Of a stretch of 56,927 nt of DNA, positions 10,153 to 19,462 are shown one piece after another. Position numbers and translations under genes: made by a program. Source of the DNA: Roseiarcus sp. (GTDB lineage: Bacteria; Pseudomonadota; Alphaproteobacteria; Rhizobiales; Beijerinckiaceae); the NCBI GenBank assembly GCA_049584355.1, contig JBAUXQ010000121.1, positions 1 to 56,927 on the forward strand, given 5' to 3'. The notes under the pieces are model-generated. The model had not been told where the DNA came from, did not search any database, and saw only the letters and a program-made list of their open reading frames with translations. Within the stretch, counting starts at the first letter, position 1. Each line of letters begins with the position of its first letter.

Positions 10153-11442
10153 TCACCCCCATTTTGGAGACCGGAAAGCGAACGGGCCGCCGAGATAGGC
10201 TGGATAACCGGCCTGCCTTACAGCTGCATAGTCAGCGACGCGCAAGTCTTCGTCCGTGCGCCCTACGGCGAGCGGCGCAACCGCGTCGTGAATTCGCCGC
10301 AACGCTGCGAGCGCTCGCCGGGCTTGCGGGTCATCGCTCTCGACCCAGTAGCCAGGGCGCACGCGTTCGCGCGCGATTTCCGCGCTCACCGGGCTCTTGA
10401 AGCCGGCAGCCGCCAACGCAGGCGCGTCTCCCGACGGTTCGCTCATGACGGCGCTGACGGCGCTCACCGTCTTTTCAACCAGATCGGGCGCCTCCTGCTT
10501 GCGCTCGAGCCTTTCGAAATCCACGCGGCCGAGGAACATCGTCTGGATCATCGCGCGCGGCTCAGGGCGCAGGACGAGGTGCGAGAAGCTGGTCATCTCG
10601 CTCCGGATGGCGCCCTCGAAGCTCTGCGGTAGGCCGTATTCGACGCAGTCGAGAATGGCGAACAGAGCAGGATAGTGGCCAAGCGAAGTCTTTAGCATCG
10701 CGCGCTTCACCGGCGCGAGTTCGGCGCTGACATCGGCTGGCGCTGGAGGAACCCAATCGTCGCGGTCCCAGGGCTGCGCCGCCGAAGGCGCCGACAGCAG
10801 CCAGTCTTCCGCCGCCGCGATGTCCTCGCCGGGTTTGACCACAGCGTGGGCAAGACCCGCCTTGATCGCGGCTTCGCCGGAAAGCCGAGCGCCATCCAAA
10901 AGGATCGGCATTGCGGCCTCGACCCCGATCAGTCGCGGCAGCCGCTGAGTCCCGCCAGCGCCCGGAAGCAGCCCCACCAGGGACTCGGGAAGACCGATCG
11001 CCGCGCGTTTGTCGTCGGTTAGCACGCGGTAGTGCGAGGCGAGCGCGAGTTCGCCTCCGCCGCCCAGCGCCAAACCCGCGATCGCGACGGCGACCGGTTT
11101 GCCGCAAGTTTCCAAGGCGCGCAGGGCGAGGCTGAGGCGGAAGAAATGATCGTACGCGGTCCTGAAGCGGCGCGGCTCGGGCGTCGCCACGATCATATCG
11201 TAGGCGGCCCAGATTTCCGGCAGGTTGGCGCCGGCGCAAAACCCGCTGGCCTTGCCCGAGCGAATCACCGCGCCGCGCACGTCGGCCTCTTCGAGCCATC
11301 GCGCGATGCGGCCGATCTCGACAATCGCGAGTTCGGAGAACACGTTCATCGCGCGGCCCGGCGCGTCGAACACGACATGAACGAGGCCGTTGTCCTTTCG
11401 CTCGAGGCGGAATTCGGAGAGCTGCGGCGCCGGAATGGTCAT
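10153..11442 (-). CDS. Enoyl-CoA hydratase (FadJ/FadB N-terminal domain plus short C-terminal tail, no NAD-binding domain)
   Basis: FCAGANL, GLALGGGGELALASHYR, GLPESLVGLLPGAGGTQRLPRLIG (both catalytic Glu present). Ends GYPAYLGGPF. Confidence 0.85.
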   Translation of the reverse strand: MTIPAPQLSEFRLERKDNGLVHVVFDAPGRAMNVFSELAIVEIGRIARWLEEADVRGAVIRSGKASGFCAGANLPEIWAAYDMIVATPEPRRFRTAYDHFFRLSLALRALETCGKPVAVAIAGLALGGGGELALASHYRVLTDDKRAAIGLPESLVGLLPGAGGTQRLPRLIGVEAAMPILLDGARLSGEAAIKAGLAHAVVKPGEDIAAAEDWLLSAPSAAQPWDRDDWVPPAPADVSAELAPVKRAMLKTSLGHYPALFAILDCVEYGLPQSFEGAIRSEMTSFSHLVLRPEPRAMIQTMFLGRVDFERLERKQEAPDLVEKTVSAVSAVMSEPSGDAPALAAAGFKSPVSAEIARERVRPGYWVESDDPQARRALAALRRIHDAVAPLAVGRTDEDLRVADYAAVRQAGYPAYLGGPFAFRSPKWG

Positions 11443-11469
11443 GTCGGTCCTCGCGGAGAACGCATCAGG

Positions 11470-12399
11470 TCAGAACGCGACGCGATCGCCACCCTTCAGT
11501 TCCAGGATCTCGCGGGCCTCGTCCGGGGTGGCGACGTCGAGCCCGAGCCCATCGATGATCTTGCGTACCTGAGTCACTTGGCTTGCATTGGTCGACGCGA
11601 GCTGTCCGGCTCCAAGCCAAAGGCTGTCTTCAAGCCCAACGCGCACGTTGCCGCCCATCGATGCCGCCATCGCCGCGACCGGCATCTGGTTACGGCCGGC
11701 GCCCAGCACGGACCAGCGGTAGTTGTCGCCGAACAGCCGGTCCGCAGTGCGCTTCATGTGCATGACATCGTCCGCATGCGCGCCGATGCCGCCGAGCAGA
11801 CCGAAGCAAGTCTGAATGAAGAGGGGCGGCTTCACCAGCCCTTCGGCAAAGAAATAATGCAGATTGTAGAGATGGCTCGTGTCATAGCATTCAAACTCGT
11901 AGCGGGTCCCAGTGGCGTTGAGGGTATCGAGCGCGTAACGAATGTCCTTGAAGCTGTTGCGAAAGACGAGATCGTACGAGCCCTCGAGCATCTTGGGCTC
12001 CCAGTCGTGCTTGAACGTCTTGTAGCGTTTGAGCATCGGAAAGAGGCCGAAGTTCATCGAGCCCATGTTCAGCGAGGCGATCTCCGGCTTCCACTTTTCC
12101 GCCGGGCGTACGCGCTCCTCGATTGCCATGAAGGGCGCACCGCCGGTCGTCAGATTGACAACCACGTTCGAGGACTGTTTGATCACTTTGAGAAACGGCT
12201 CGAATGCCTCGGGGCTCTGATCGGGCCGGCCGTCTGTCGGATTGCGCGCGTGCAGATGCACGATTGCCGCGCCTGCTTCCGCCGCGCCCAATGCGGACGT
12301 CGCAATCTCCTGCGCGGTCACCGGCAGATGCGGCGACATCGAGGGCGTATGGATCGAGCCCGTAACGGCGCAGCTGATGATGACTTTCCGCTTCCCCAT
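11470..12399 (-). CDS. Beta-keto acid cleavage enzyme family (BKACE/DUF849, Kce-like)
   Basis: VIISCAVTGSIHTPSMSPHLP, AIVHLHAR, ASLNMGSMNF, NVRVGLEDSL. Confidence 0.93.
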   Translation of the reverse strand: MGKRKVIISCAVTGSIHTPSMSPHLPVTAQEIATSALGAAEAGAAIVHLHARNPTDGRPDQSPEAFEPFLKVIKQSSNVVVNLTTGGAPFMAIEERVRPAEKWKPEIASLNMGSMNFGLFPMLKRYKTFKHDWEPKMLEGSYDLVFRNSFKDIRYALDTLNATGTRYEFECYDTSHLYNLHYFFAEGLVKPPLFIQTCFGLLGGIGAHADDVMHMKRTADRLFGDNYRWSVLGAGRNQMPVAAMAASMGGNVRVGLEDSLWLGAGQLASTNASQVTQVRKIIDGLGLDVATPDEAREILELKGGDRVAF

Positions 12400-12417
12400 A
12401 ACGTTTCCTCCAATGCC

Positions 12418-13659
12418 TCAGAATTTGCTCGCCGCCGCGGCCCAGGCCTCGCCAAGTCGTTCCCGATGGAGAGGCGCGGCGACGGCGATCAACGCTCGCG
12501 CGCGCTCGTGATGATCGAGGCCGCGCAGGTCCGCGGCCCCGTATTCGGTGACGATAACGTCCGTATCCATCCGTCCCAACGAAACAGGGCCGGAATTCGC
12601 GCCCGGCGCGATGACGCGGCTGACCGCGCCTCCGGCCGTCGACGCCGCGAGAGCGAGAATGCGCAATCCGCCCCCGGCCCAAACGCCTCGCGCGAAATCG
12701 GACGCGCCCCCCGGACCGGACATCAAGCCATCGGGTCCGAATTCGGCGTAGGCCTGCCCGTAGAGATCGACTTCTAGCGCCGAATTGAGCGACACGGCCT
12801 TTTCGAGACCCGCGACGACGCACGGCGCGTGCGTGTAGGACACCGGATGAAAGCAATAGGCGCCGGAACTCACGCGATCGTAGAGGCGAGCCGAGCCGAT
12901 CGCGACGCCACCGGTGACGCTAACGCCGGACGCCAGCGCCCCTGCGTCTTCGAGGTCCACGACCGCCTCGGGGATGAGGCCCGAGTGGATCTTCAGGTTT
13001 CGCCGTCCTCTCAGCGCGCGCAACGCTGCCGTCGGGATCTTGCCGAGGCCCATCTGGATCGTCGCGCCGTCCTCAACGAACCTCGCGACATTCTCGCCGA
13101 TCGCCTGCGACAGGGAATTGTCTCCGTCGCTCGCGAAGCCGAGCAAGTCCTGCTCCGCCTCGACATAAGCCGTTAGTGCACCAAGCGGAATCCGGCACGG
13201 ACCGGCGACGGTTGGCAGACGAGGATTGATATGCGCGATGCGGACCGGGATTCGCGGCCAAAGCTCAGCAAGAAAATCGACGACCGGCCCGAAGCCGCAA
13301 GAGCCGCCAGCGTCAGGCGGCGTCGTCATGAAAAGCGCGGCATCGATCGGAACGGATCTGAGCCGGGCGAGAATTTCGCGATAGCACAATGGAAGGAACC
13401 TCACTGCGGATCCCGATGCTTTCAGTTCCGGCGTCAGAAAGAAGGTCTCCACCCGGCATTTTGGATTAGCGAGGTAAGTGCACGTGTTGAGGCCGGGCAC
13501 GAATATTCCGGTGAAGGTCATCGCGTTTAGGCGCTCGCCGGCGCGCATCACTGCCTCCGCCAGCAGAAGCGATTCCCCCGAGCAGCCGGCGACCAGTGTA
13601 CGCCCGCCCGGCGGCAGAGCCGATGCGAGGTCCTGCAGGCCGAGGCGCCAGGGGGCCAT
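12418..13659 (-). CDS. Acetyl-CoA hydrolase/transferase family (4-hydroxybutyrate CoA-transferase-like)
   Basis: DGATIQMGLGKIP, SLNSALEVDLYGQ, SGPGGASDFARG, DVIVTEYGAADLRG. Confidence 0.9.
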   Translation of the reverse strand: MAPWRLGLQDLASALPPGGRTLVAGCSGESLLLAEAVMRAGERLNAMTFTGIFVPGLNTCTYLANPKCRVETFFLTPELKASGSAVRFLPLCYREILARLRSVPIDAALFMTTPPDAGGSCGFGPVVDFLAELWPRIPVRIAHINPRLPTVAGPCRIPLGALTAYVEAEQDLLGFASDGDNSLSQAIGENVARFVEDGATIQMGLGKIPTAALRALRGRRNLKIHSGLIPEAVVDLEDAGALASGVSVTGGVAIGSARLYDRVSSGAYCFHPVSYTHAPCVVAGLEKAVSLNSALEVDLYGQAYAEFGPDGLMSGPGGASDFARGVWAGGGLRILALAASTAGGAVSRVIAPGANSGPVSLGRMDTDVIVTEYGAADLRGLDHHERARALIAVAAPLHRERLGEAWAAAASKF

Positions 13660-13677
13660 CCGCGACGGTCCGTTCCG

Positions 13678-14475
13678 TCACTTCACGTGCTTGTGGAAGT
13701 CAGGCTTGCGCTTCCCCATGAAGGCGCGCACGCCCTCCTTCGATTCCTCGGTTTCGTAGAAGAGCTTGACCGCGCTCAACATCGCCAGGCTGATGCCGCG
13801 GATGCTTTCGCTATCGGCGTTGAAGGACCGCTTGGCGAGCGCAAGGGCTGTCGGCGACCGCTCGGCGAGAATGTCCGTCCAGGCCTTCACAGCGGCGTCG
13901 AGTTCGGCGAATGGCACGACCTTATTGACGAGGCCCATCTCTAAAGCTTGCTGCGCTGTGTATTGTTCGTTGAGGAACCACATCTCTCTCGCGCGCTTGT
14001 CGCCGATATGACGCGCCAGCAAGGCTGTGCCCCATCCAGCGTCGACCGAACCAACCTTAGGCCCCACCTGACCAAATTTCGCGGTGTCGGCGGCGATCGT
14101 GAGGTCGCACAGCGTCGCGAACACATTGCCGCCGCCGATCGCAAAGCCGTTGACCCGCGCGATGACCGGCTTCGGTACGTCGCGGATGATCGACTGAAAT
14201 TCGTCGATCGGCAGGCCGACAATGCCACGTCCGTCGTACTGGCCCTCGTGGGCGCTCTGGTCGCCGCCTGTGCAGAAGGCCTTGTCGCCGGCGCCCGTCA
14301 GCACGATCGAGGATATGCCCTTGTCATAGCCGGCGATCTGGAACGCCCTGATCAGCTCCTCCATCGTCTGCGCGCGAAACGCGTTGTAGAGCTTCGGCCG
14401 GTTGATGATGATCCAGGCGGCGCGATTGTCGCGCGGTTCGTAAAGGATGTCTTCGAATACGGGGGCGTCGGTCAT
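13678..14475 (-). CDS. badI: 2-ketocyclohexanecarboxyl-CoA hydrolase (MenB-like crotonase)
   Basis: AFCTGGDQSAHEGQYDGRG, GQVGPKVGSVDAGWGT. Adjacent to the badH-like SDR. Confidence 0.88.
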   Translation of the reverse strand: MTDAPVFEDILYEPRDNRAAWIIINRPKLYNAFRAQTMEELIRAFQIAGYDKGISSIVLTGAGDKAFCTGGDQSAHEGQYDGRGIVGLPIDEFQSIIRDVPKPVIARVNGFAIGGGNVFATLCDLTIAADTAKFGQVGPKVGSVDAGWGTALLARHIGDKRAREMWFLNEQYTAQQALEMGLVNKVVPFAELDAAVKAWTDILAERSPTALALAKRSFNADSESIRGISLAMLSAVKLFYETEESKEGVRAFMGKRKPDFHKHVK

Positions 14476-14508
14476 TGGCCGGTTTGTCCTATCAGTTGGT
14501 CCGGAATT

Positions 14509-15267
14509 TCAGATCATGTTCATGCCGCCGGCGACGGATATCGTCTGCCCGGTGATGAAATTTGCGTCTTCTGACGCGAGAAAGGCGACGATGCCGGCGT
14601 AATCCTCCGGTTCCCCCATGCGCTTGAGCGGTATGCCGCGGACCATCGCGTCCTTCCACTTCACTGCCTGCTCGCCTTCGCCGAGCACCGTCGCCATCAT
14701 CGGCGTATTGGTCGGACCGGGGCAGACCGCGTTGAGCAGCACGCCCTTAGTTGCGAGCTCGCGCGCAACGGACTTGGTAAAGCTGATGAGGCCGCCCTTG
14801 CAGGCGGAATAGACCGCTTCGTTGCTTGTGCCGACGCGTGCGGCGTCGGAAGCGATGTTGATGATCCGCCCGCCTTTGCGCGCCACCATCAGCGGCGCAA
14901 TGACATGATGCGTGTTCAGCGGTCCGTAGAGGTTGATCCGAATGATCTTGTCCCACAACGCTTGGTCGGTCGAGAGGAACGGCGCCGGCCGGTCCCAGCC
15001 GGCGTTGTTGACCAGCGCCCAAATCGGCCCGAGCTCGCTCTCGACCTTCGCGACGGCGGCGCTCACCGCCGCATAGTCGCCGACGTCGAGTTCGTAGCTC
15101 CTGACGGTCGCGCCGCCCGCGAGCTTTTCCGTCTCCTTCGCGGCCCCCAGCTTGAGGTCGAAGATCGCGACCTTGCAGCCATCCTCGGCAAGGCGCAACG
15201 TCAGTGCGCGCCCGATCCCCTGTCCGCCGCCAGTCACAACGGCGACCTTATCTTTCAATCCACGCAA
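14509..15267 (-). CDS. badH: 2-hydroxycyclohexanecarboxyl-CoA dehydrogenase (SDR)
   Basis: LVNNAGWD, NIASDAARVG, AVYSACKGG, NAVCPGPTNT. TTG start after an AGGGAGAGG RBS. Confidence 0.88.
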   Translation of the reverse strand: MRGLKDKVAVVTGGGQGIGRALTLRLAEDGCKVAIFDLKLGAAKETEKLAGGATVRSYELDVGDYAAVSAAVAKVESELGPIWALVNNAGWDRPAPFLSTDQALWDKIIRINLYGPLNTHHVIAPLMVARKGGRIINIASDAARVGTSNEAVYSACKGGLISFTKSVARELATKGVLLNAVCPGPTNTPMMATVLGEGEQAVKWKDAMVRGIPLKRMGEPEDYAGIVAFLASEDANFITGQTISVAGGMNMI

Positions 15268-15280
15268 CGATCCTCTCCCT

Positions 15281-15787
15281 TCAAACCACGATGTTGTCTT
15301 CGGCGTTCTCGTTCTCTTCCGCCTCGCCGCCGGCCATTTCGAGCAGCGTCTCCTTCAAAGCGCGCAGCGTTTCGGCTGCCTGCTCGAGCGCCGCCTCGGG
15401 GATGCGGCTCAGGATCTCCAGCTCGACGGCTTCGACGCTTTCGCGAATGGCGTTGACAGTCTTCGAGCCAGCCCGCGTGAGGTAGACGCGTCGCGCGCGC
15501 CCGTCATTATGATCGGCGCGCCTTTCCACGAAGCCGGCCGCCTCCATGCGATCGAGAAGGCCGCCGACCGCCACCTTCGTCAGGTCGAGGTCCGAGGCGA
15601 GCGCGGTCTGGGTCATTCCGTCCCGTCGTGAAAGAAACGCCAGCACCCACCATTGCGAACGGGTGATTCCGAGCGGCTTCAGCGCCCGGTCCACCACCAC
15701 ACGGCGCAACCGCGAGACGTCGTGGATCAGGAAGCCGAAGCGGAGACTGGTGTTCAAATCTCTGGCCAAGTCGATGTCCTCGCTCAC
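15281..15787 (-). CDS. MarR family transcriptional regulator
   Basis: GFLIHDVSRLRR, GITRSQWWVL, LLDRMEAAGFVERR, DGRARRVYLT. Confidence 0.93.
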   Translation of the reverse strand: MSEDIDLARDLNTSLRFGFLIHDVSRLRRVVVDRALKPLGITRSQWWVLAFLSRRDGMTQTALASDLDLTKVAVGGLLDRMEAAGFVERRADHNDGRARRVYLTRAGSKTVNAIRESVEAVELEILSRIPEAALEQAAETLRALKETLLEMAGGEAEENENAEDNIVV

Positions 15788-16968
15788 AACGCCTCAAGCA
15801 CGCGTTTCGGCTTTGCTGTCAGACGCCCTTTGAACATTTCCCGCGCGATGATGGTCTTCATCACCTCGATCGAGCCGCCCGCGATCTTGACAACGCGCGC
15901 GTCCGCGTAAGCGCGGCAAATCGGATATTCCCACATGTAACCCCAACCGCCGAAGAGTTGCAGGCACTTGTCAACCGCCTCGCAGTGCAGCTCCGACGTC
16001 ACCATCTTCGCCATCGCGGCGTCCACCGGGTCCAGCTTTCCTCGACGGAAGAGATCGATGCACTTGTCGGTGAAGACGCGCGCCATGGTCGCCCGCGCCT
16101 TGAGGTCCGCGAGCACGAACTGCGTGTTCTGAAAATCGGCGATCGTTTGACCGAAGGCCTTGCGCTCTGACGTGTAGTCGACCGTCCAATCGATGACGGT
16201 TTCGGTCACGGTCGCGGATCGGATAGCCTGCGCCAGGCGCTCCTGAGGCAGCTTGGTCATCATCAGCACAAAGCCGCGCCCCTCCTGCCCCAGCATGTTC
16301 GACGCGGGCACGCGCACGTTCTCAAAGAACAGCTCGGACGTGTCCTGCGCCTTCATGCCGAGCTTTTCCAGATTGCGCCCGCGGGTGAAGCCCGGTCTGT
16401 CCGATTCAACAAGAAACAGGGTCACCCCGCCGGCGCCCGCGCTGGCGTCCGTTTTCGTCGCGAGCACGATGACGTCGCAGAGCTGTCCGTTCGAGATAAA
16501 AACCTTCTGACCGTTGATGACGAACTCTCCGCCATGGCGTTTGGCCTGCGTGCGCACGGCCTTGAGGTCGCTGCCGGCGTGCGGCTCCGTCATGCCGAGT
16601 GAGCCGATCGCCTCGCCCCGGACCATTTTCGGCAGCCAGTGGCGCTTCTGCTCCTCTGAGCCGAAGGAGAGGATATAGGTCGCCACAAGATCGGTGTGGA
16701 TGAGGAAGCCCGGTCCGCTGGCGCCGACGCGCCAGAGCTCCTCGAACACGACGACATCGAACAGGTAGTCGAGACCCAGTCCGCCGTATTCCTCGGGCAC
16801 AGTGCAACAGAGGAGCCCCTGCTCGCCCGCCTTGAGCCAGAGCTCCCGCGGGACGATCCCATCGTGCTCCCATTGCGCATGATAGGGCACAATTTCGTTC
16901 TCGACGAAGCGACGGACAGTCTTGCGCCAAATCTCGTGCTCTTCGTCAAACAGGGAGCGTTCGATCAT
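15784..16968 (-). CDS. Acyl-CoA dehydrogenase (long-chain type)
   Basis: MIERSLFDEEH, GMTEPHAGSDL, GMKAQDTSELFF, KLPQERL, QLFGGWGYMWEY. Confidence 0.93.
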   Translation of the reverse strand: MIERSLFDEEHEIWRKTVRRFVENEIVPYHAQWEHDGIVPRELWLKAGEQGLLCCTVPEEYGGLGLDYLFDVVVFEELWRVGASGPGFLIHTDLVATYILSFGSEEQKRHWLPKMVRGEAIGSLGMTEPHAGSDLKAVRTQAKRHGGEFVINGQKVFISNGQLCDVIVLATKTDASAGAGGVTLFLVESDRPGFTRGRNLEKLGMKAQDTSELFFENVRVPASNMLGQEGRGFVLMMTKLPQERLAQAIRSATVTETVIDWTVDYTSERKAFGQTIADFQNTQFVLADLKARATMARVFTDKCIDLFRRGKLDPVDAAMAKMVTSELHCEAVDKCLQLFGGWGYMWEYPICRAYADARVVKIAGGSIEVMKTIIAREMFKGRLTAKPKRVLEAL

Positions 16969-16991
16969 GATCTCGTCTCTCTTCGCGTTGT

Positions 16992-17891
16992 TCAGGCGAC
17001 GGTCGCGCGCTGCGCCTTGTCTCGCTGGGTCGAACGCTGGATCGCTTCGCGCGCCACGCGCCACTGTTCGTCGGTCAGCGCAGTCAGATCCGCGAAGGTG
17101 GACGGTCCGGCAAGATGCTGGCCACCGTCGATCGCGATTGTCTGGCCGGTCAGGTAGTCGCAGCCGTCGGAGAGGAGGAACACGATCAGATTCTGCAGTT
17201 CCTGAATCTGTCCGTAGCGCCCGAGCGGCACCGTGTCCGGGGTCGTCGCGGACGACTTGGCGTCAGGGATTGGATTAAGCTTCTCCCAGGCGCTTTCGGT
17301 CGGGAAAGGCCCTGGGGCGGTCGCATTGAGCCGAATGCCATACCGGCCCCATTCCACTGCGAGCGACATCGTCATGGCGTGCAGCGCCGTCTTCGCCATG
17401 GCTGAAGGCACCACGAAGGCGGAACCTGTCCAGACCCAAGTGACGAGATTGCTGACGACCGAGCCTTTCAGTCCGCCCGCGATCCAGCGTTTGCCGGCCG
17501 AAAGCGTAACATGGAAGCTGCCGTCCATTACCGTCGAAGTGACGGCGCGAAAGCCGCGCGGACTGAGCTCCTTGGTCGGAGCGATAAAGTTGGCTGCGGC
17601 GTTGTTGACCAGGCCGGTCAATGGACCCTCTGCCCAAATCCGGTCCATCATCGCCTCGACCTGGTCGGCGTCCCTGATGTCGCAGATATGCGGCGACGCG
17701 GCCAGAGAGGCCTGCGCGGAAATCTCAGCCGCGGCGTCCTCGAGAACTTGCGGGCGCCGGCCGCAGATGTGGACCTTCGCGCCCTTCGCTGCGAGCGCCT
17801 TGCCGATCTCCTTGCCAAGTCCGCTGCCTCCCCCAGTGACCAGAATGGATTTGCCTTTCAACGCGTCATCGCGAAAGATATCCATGCTCAT
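16992..17891 (-). CDS. 2,4-dienoyl-CoA reductase-like SDR
   Basis: VTGGGSGLG, LVNNAAANFIAP, WTGSAFVVPSAMAK, SLAVEWGRYGIRLNATAPGPFPT. Confidence 0.88.
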   Translation of the reverse strand: MSMDIFRDDALKGKSILVTGGGSGLGKEIGKALAAKGAKVHICGRRPQVLEDAAAEISAQASLAASPHICDIRDADQVEAMMDRIWAEGPLTGLVNNAAANFIAPTKELSPRGFRAVTSTVMDGSFHVTLSAGKRWIAGGLKGSVVSNLVTWVWTGSAFVVPSAMAKTALHAMTMSLAVEWGRYGIRLNATAPGPFPTESAWEKLNPIPDAKSSATTPDTVPLGRYGQIQELQNLIVFLLSDGCDYLTGQTIAIDGGQHLAGPSTFADLTALTDEQWRVAREAIQRSTQRDKAQRATVA

Positions 17892-17943
17892 AATGGCGCG
17901 CCCCTCGGAGATGATGGGTTCGACGCGGCTTTGATGATCGCGT

Positions 17944-17980
17944 TGATAAACATATTTACAAATCCTCCGAAAGCTGTCAA
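17944..17980 (-). promoter_or_regulatory. Promoter of the ring-cleavage operon with degenerate operator (17944-17961)
   Basis: Minus-strand TTGACA at 17975-17980. TGATAAACATATTTACAA partly matches the shared palindrome. Lies in a divergent intergenic region. Confidence 0.55.
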
Positions 17981-18013
17981 GCGTCTGTCGCGAGACAACC
18001 GAGGGCGGGAAAC

Positions 18014-19459
18014 TTGAGTCCAGGTGAAGAGGCGTCGAATCGCAACAGAGGCATCGCCGCTGTGGGCGCATACGCCCCGTTGTTGCGGCTAGATCGCGCC
18101 TCCGCCGCCCGAACGTTGAAATTCTCCGGGCTTGGCGGCCGCGGCGCAGGTTTTCGCGCCGTCGCAGGCTGGGATGAGGACGCATTGACGCTTGCGCTTG
18201 AAGCGGCGCGCCTCGCGAGTCGCAAGCCCGACGCCGTTCGCTTCGCCTCGACCTCGGCGCCCTTTCTGGAGCGGTCTCATTCGACGCTCCTGATCGATGC
18301 CCTCGCATTATCAGAGGAAACGCGCGGATACGACGCCGCTGGCTCACGCCGCTGCGCGGTCTCGGCCTTGCTGGAAGCTTTGCTAGGGCAGGGCGAAACG
18401 CTGATCGCCTCAGGCGAGCGCCGGCCGGGCAGGCCCGGAAACGCCTTGCATCTGGCTGAAGGAGACGGGGGCGCCGCCGCGTTGGTCGCCGACGGCGGCG
18501 CAGCCCGGCTGATCGGCTGGTCAACTTTGTCGCACGATCTCATCGACGTCTACGCGTCGCGCGAGCATCCCGACCCATACCCGTATGAAGAGCGCTTTGT
18601 GCGAGAGACCACCGTCTCAAACGTGATCGCTCCCACCATTCGCACAGCCCTTTCGCGGGCTGGTCTGGAGCCGACGGCGATATCGGTCGCGGCCGTTCAT
18701 GAGCCGCTACCGGGGGCATGGAAAGAGATTGGGCGCGCGACGGGAATCGGCGCGCCCAACGTTGCGAGCGAGGTTGCGCAAAGCCTGGGCGACCTCGGCG
18801 CCGCACACGCGCTTCTTGCCTTCGCCCTAGCCTGCTCCAAGGCGCGCGCCGGCGACTGCGTGCTGCTCGCCGGCTTCGGCAGCGGTTGCGATGCTCTGGT
18901 CTTCGAGATGACCGGGCCGATGCCGGGCGCGGATCGCGCGGCGGAGGTCGTCAGTCGCGGTCTCGTCTTCGACGAATACGTGCGATTCCTCAGCCTCAAT
19001 GGCGCGCTTGACCTCGATTGGGGCGTGCGTTCGGAATTTGAACAAAAGGCGCAAGCGACAGTGCTCGAGCGCTATGGGCGAGACATGATCGGCTTCATCG
19101 GTGGGCGCGACACGAAAGGCAACGTACAGTTCCCCAAGAGTCGCATCCCGGTGCGACCCGACGCCGATGGGCCCGAACCGCTGCAGGACGTACGCCTCGC
19201 CGACGAATTTGCGACGATCGTCTCCGTCACCGCTGACCGCCTCAATTATACGCCGGATCCGCCGTTCTGGTTCGGCCTCGCGCAGTTCGACAACGGCGCA
19301 CGCGTAATGATGGAGTTCACCGACGCCGACGCGCGCGGGTTTTCCGTGGGAGATCGCGTTCGGATGCGGCTTCGGATCAAGTCGCGCGACAAACGGCGCG
19401 GCTTCCGCACTTATTTCTGGAAGGCGGCGCCGGTGGAGCGCCCAATGCTCGGAGTTTGA
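18014..19459 (+). CDS. HMG-CoA synthase/KAS III-like domain fused to a C-terminal DUF35 OB-fold
   Basis: GAYAPLLRLDR, WDEDALTLALEAA, FASTSAPF, GDLGAAHALL, LAGFGSGCDA. C-terminal YTPDPPFWFGLAQF...YFWKA OB-fold. Confidence 0.85.
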   Translation: MSPGEEASNRNRGIAAVGAYAPLLRLDRASAARTLKFSGLGGRGAGFRAVAGWDEDALTLALEAARLASRKPDAVRFASTSAPFLERSHSTLLIDALALSEETRGYDAAGSRRCAVSALLEALLGQGETLIASGERRPGRPGNALHLAEGDGGAAALVADGGAARLIGWSTLSHDLIDVYASREHPDPYPYEERFVRETTVSNVIAPTIRTALSRAGLEPTAISVAAVHEPLPGAWKEIGRATGIGAPNVASEVAQSLGDLGAAHALLAFALACSKARAGDCVLLAGFGSGCDALVFEMTGPMPGADRAAEVVSRGLVFDEYVRFLSLNGALDLDWGVRSEFEQKAQATVLERYGRDMIGFIGGRDTKGNVQFPKSRIPVRPDADGPEPLQDVRLADEFATIVSVTADRLNYTPDPPFWFGLAQFDNGARVMMEFTDADARGFSVGDRVRMRLRIKSRDKRRGFRTYFWKAAPVERPMLGV

Positions 19460-19462
19460 TGG

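Noticed and set aside
13678..14475. menB (naphthoate synthase)
   Set aside because: No other menaquinone genes here; the badH/aliA context favours BadI.
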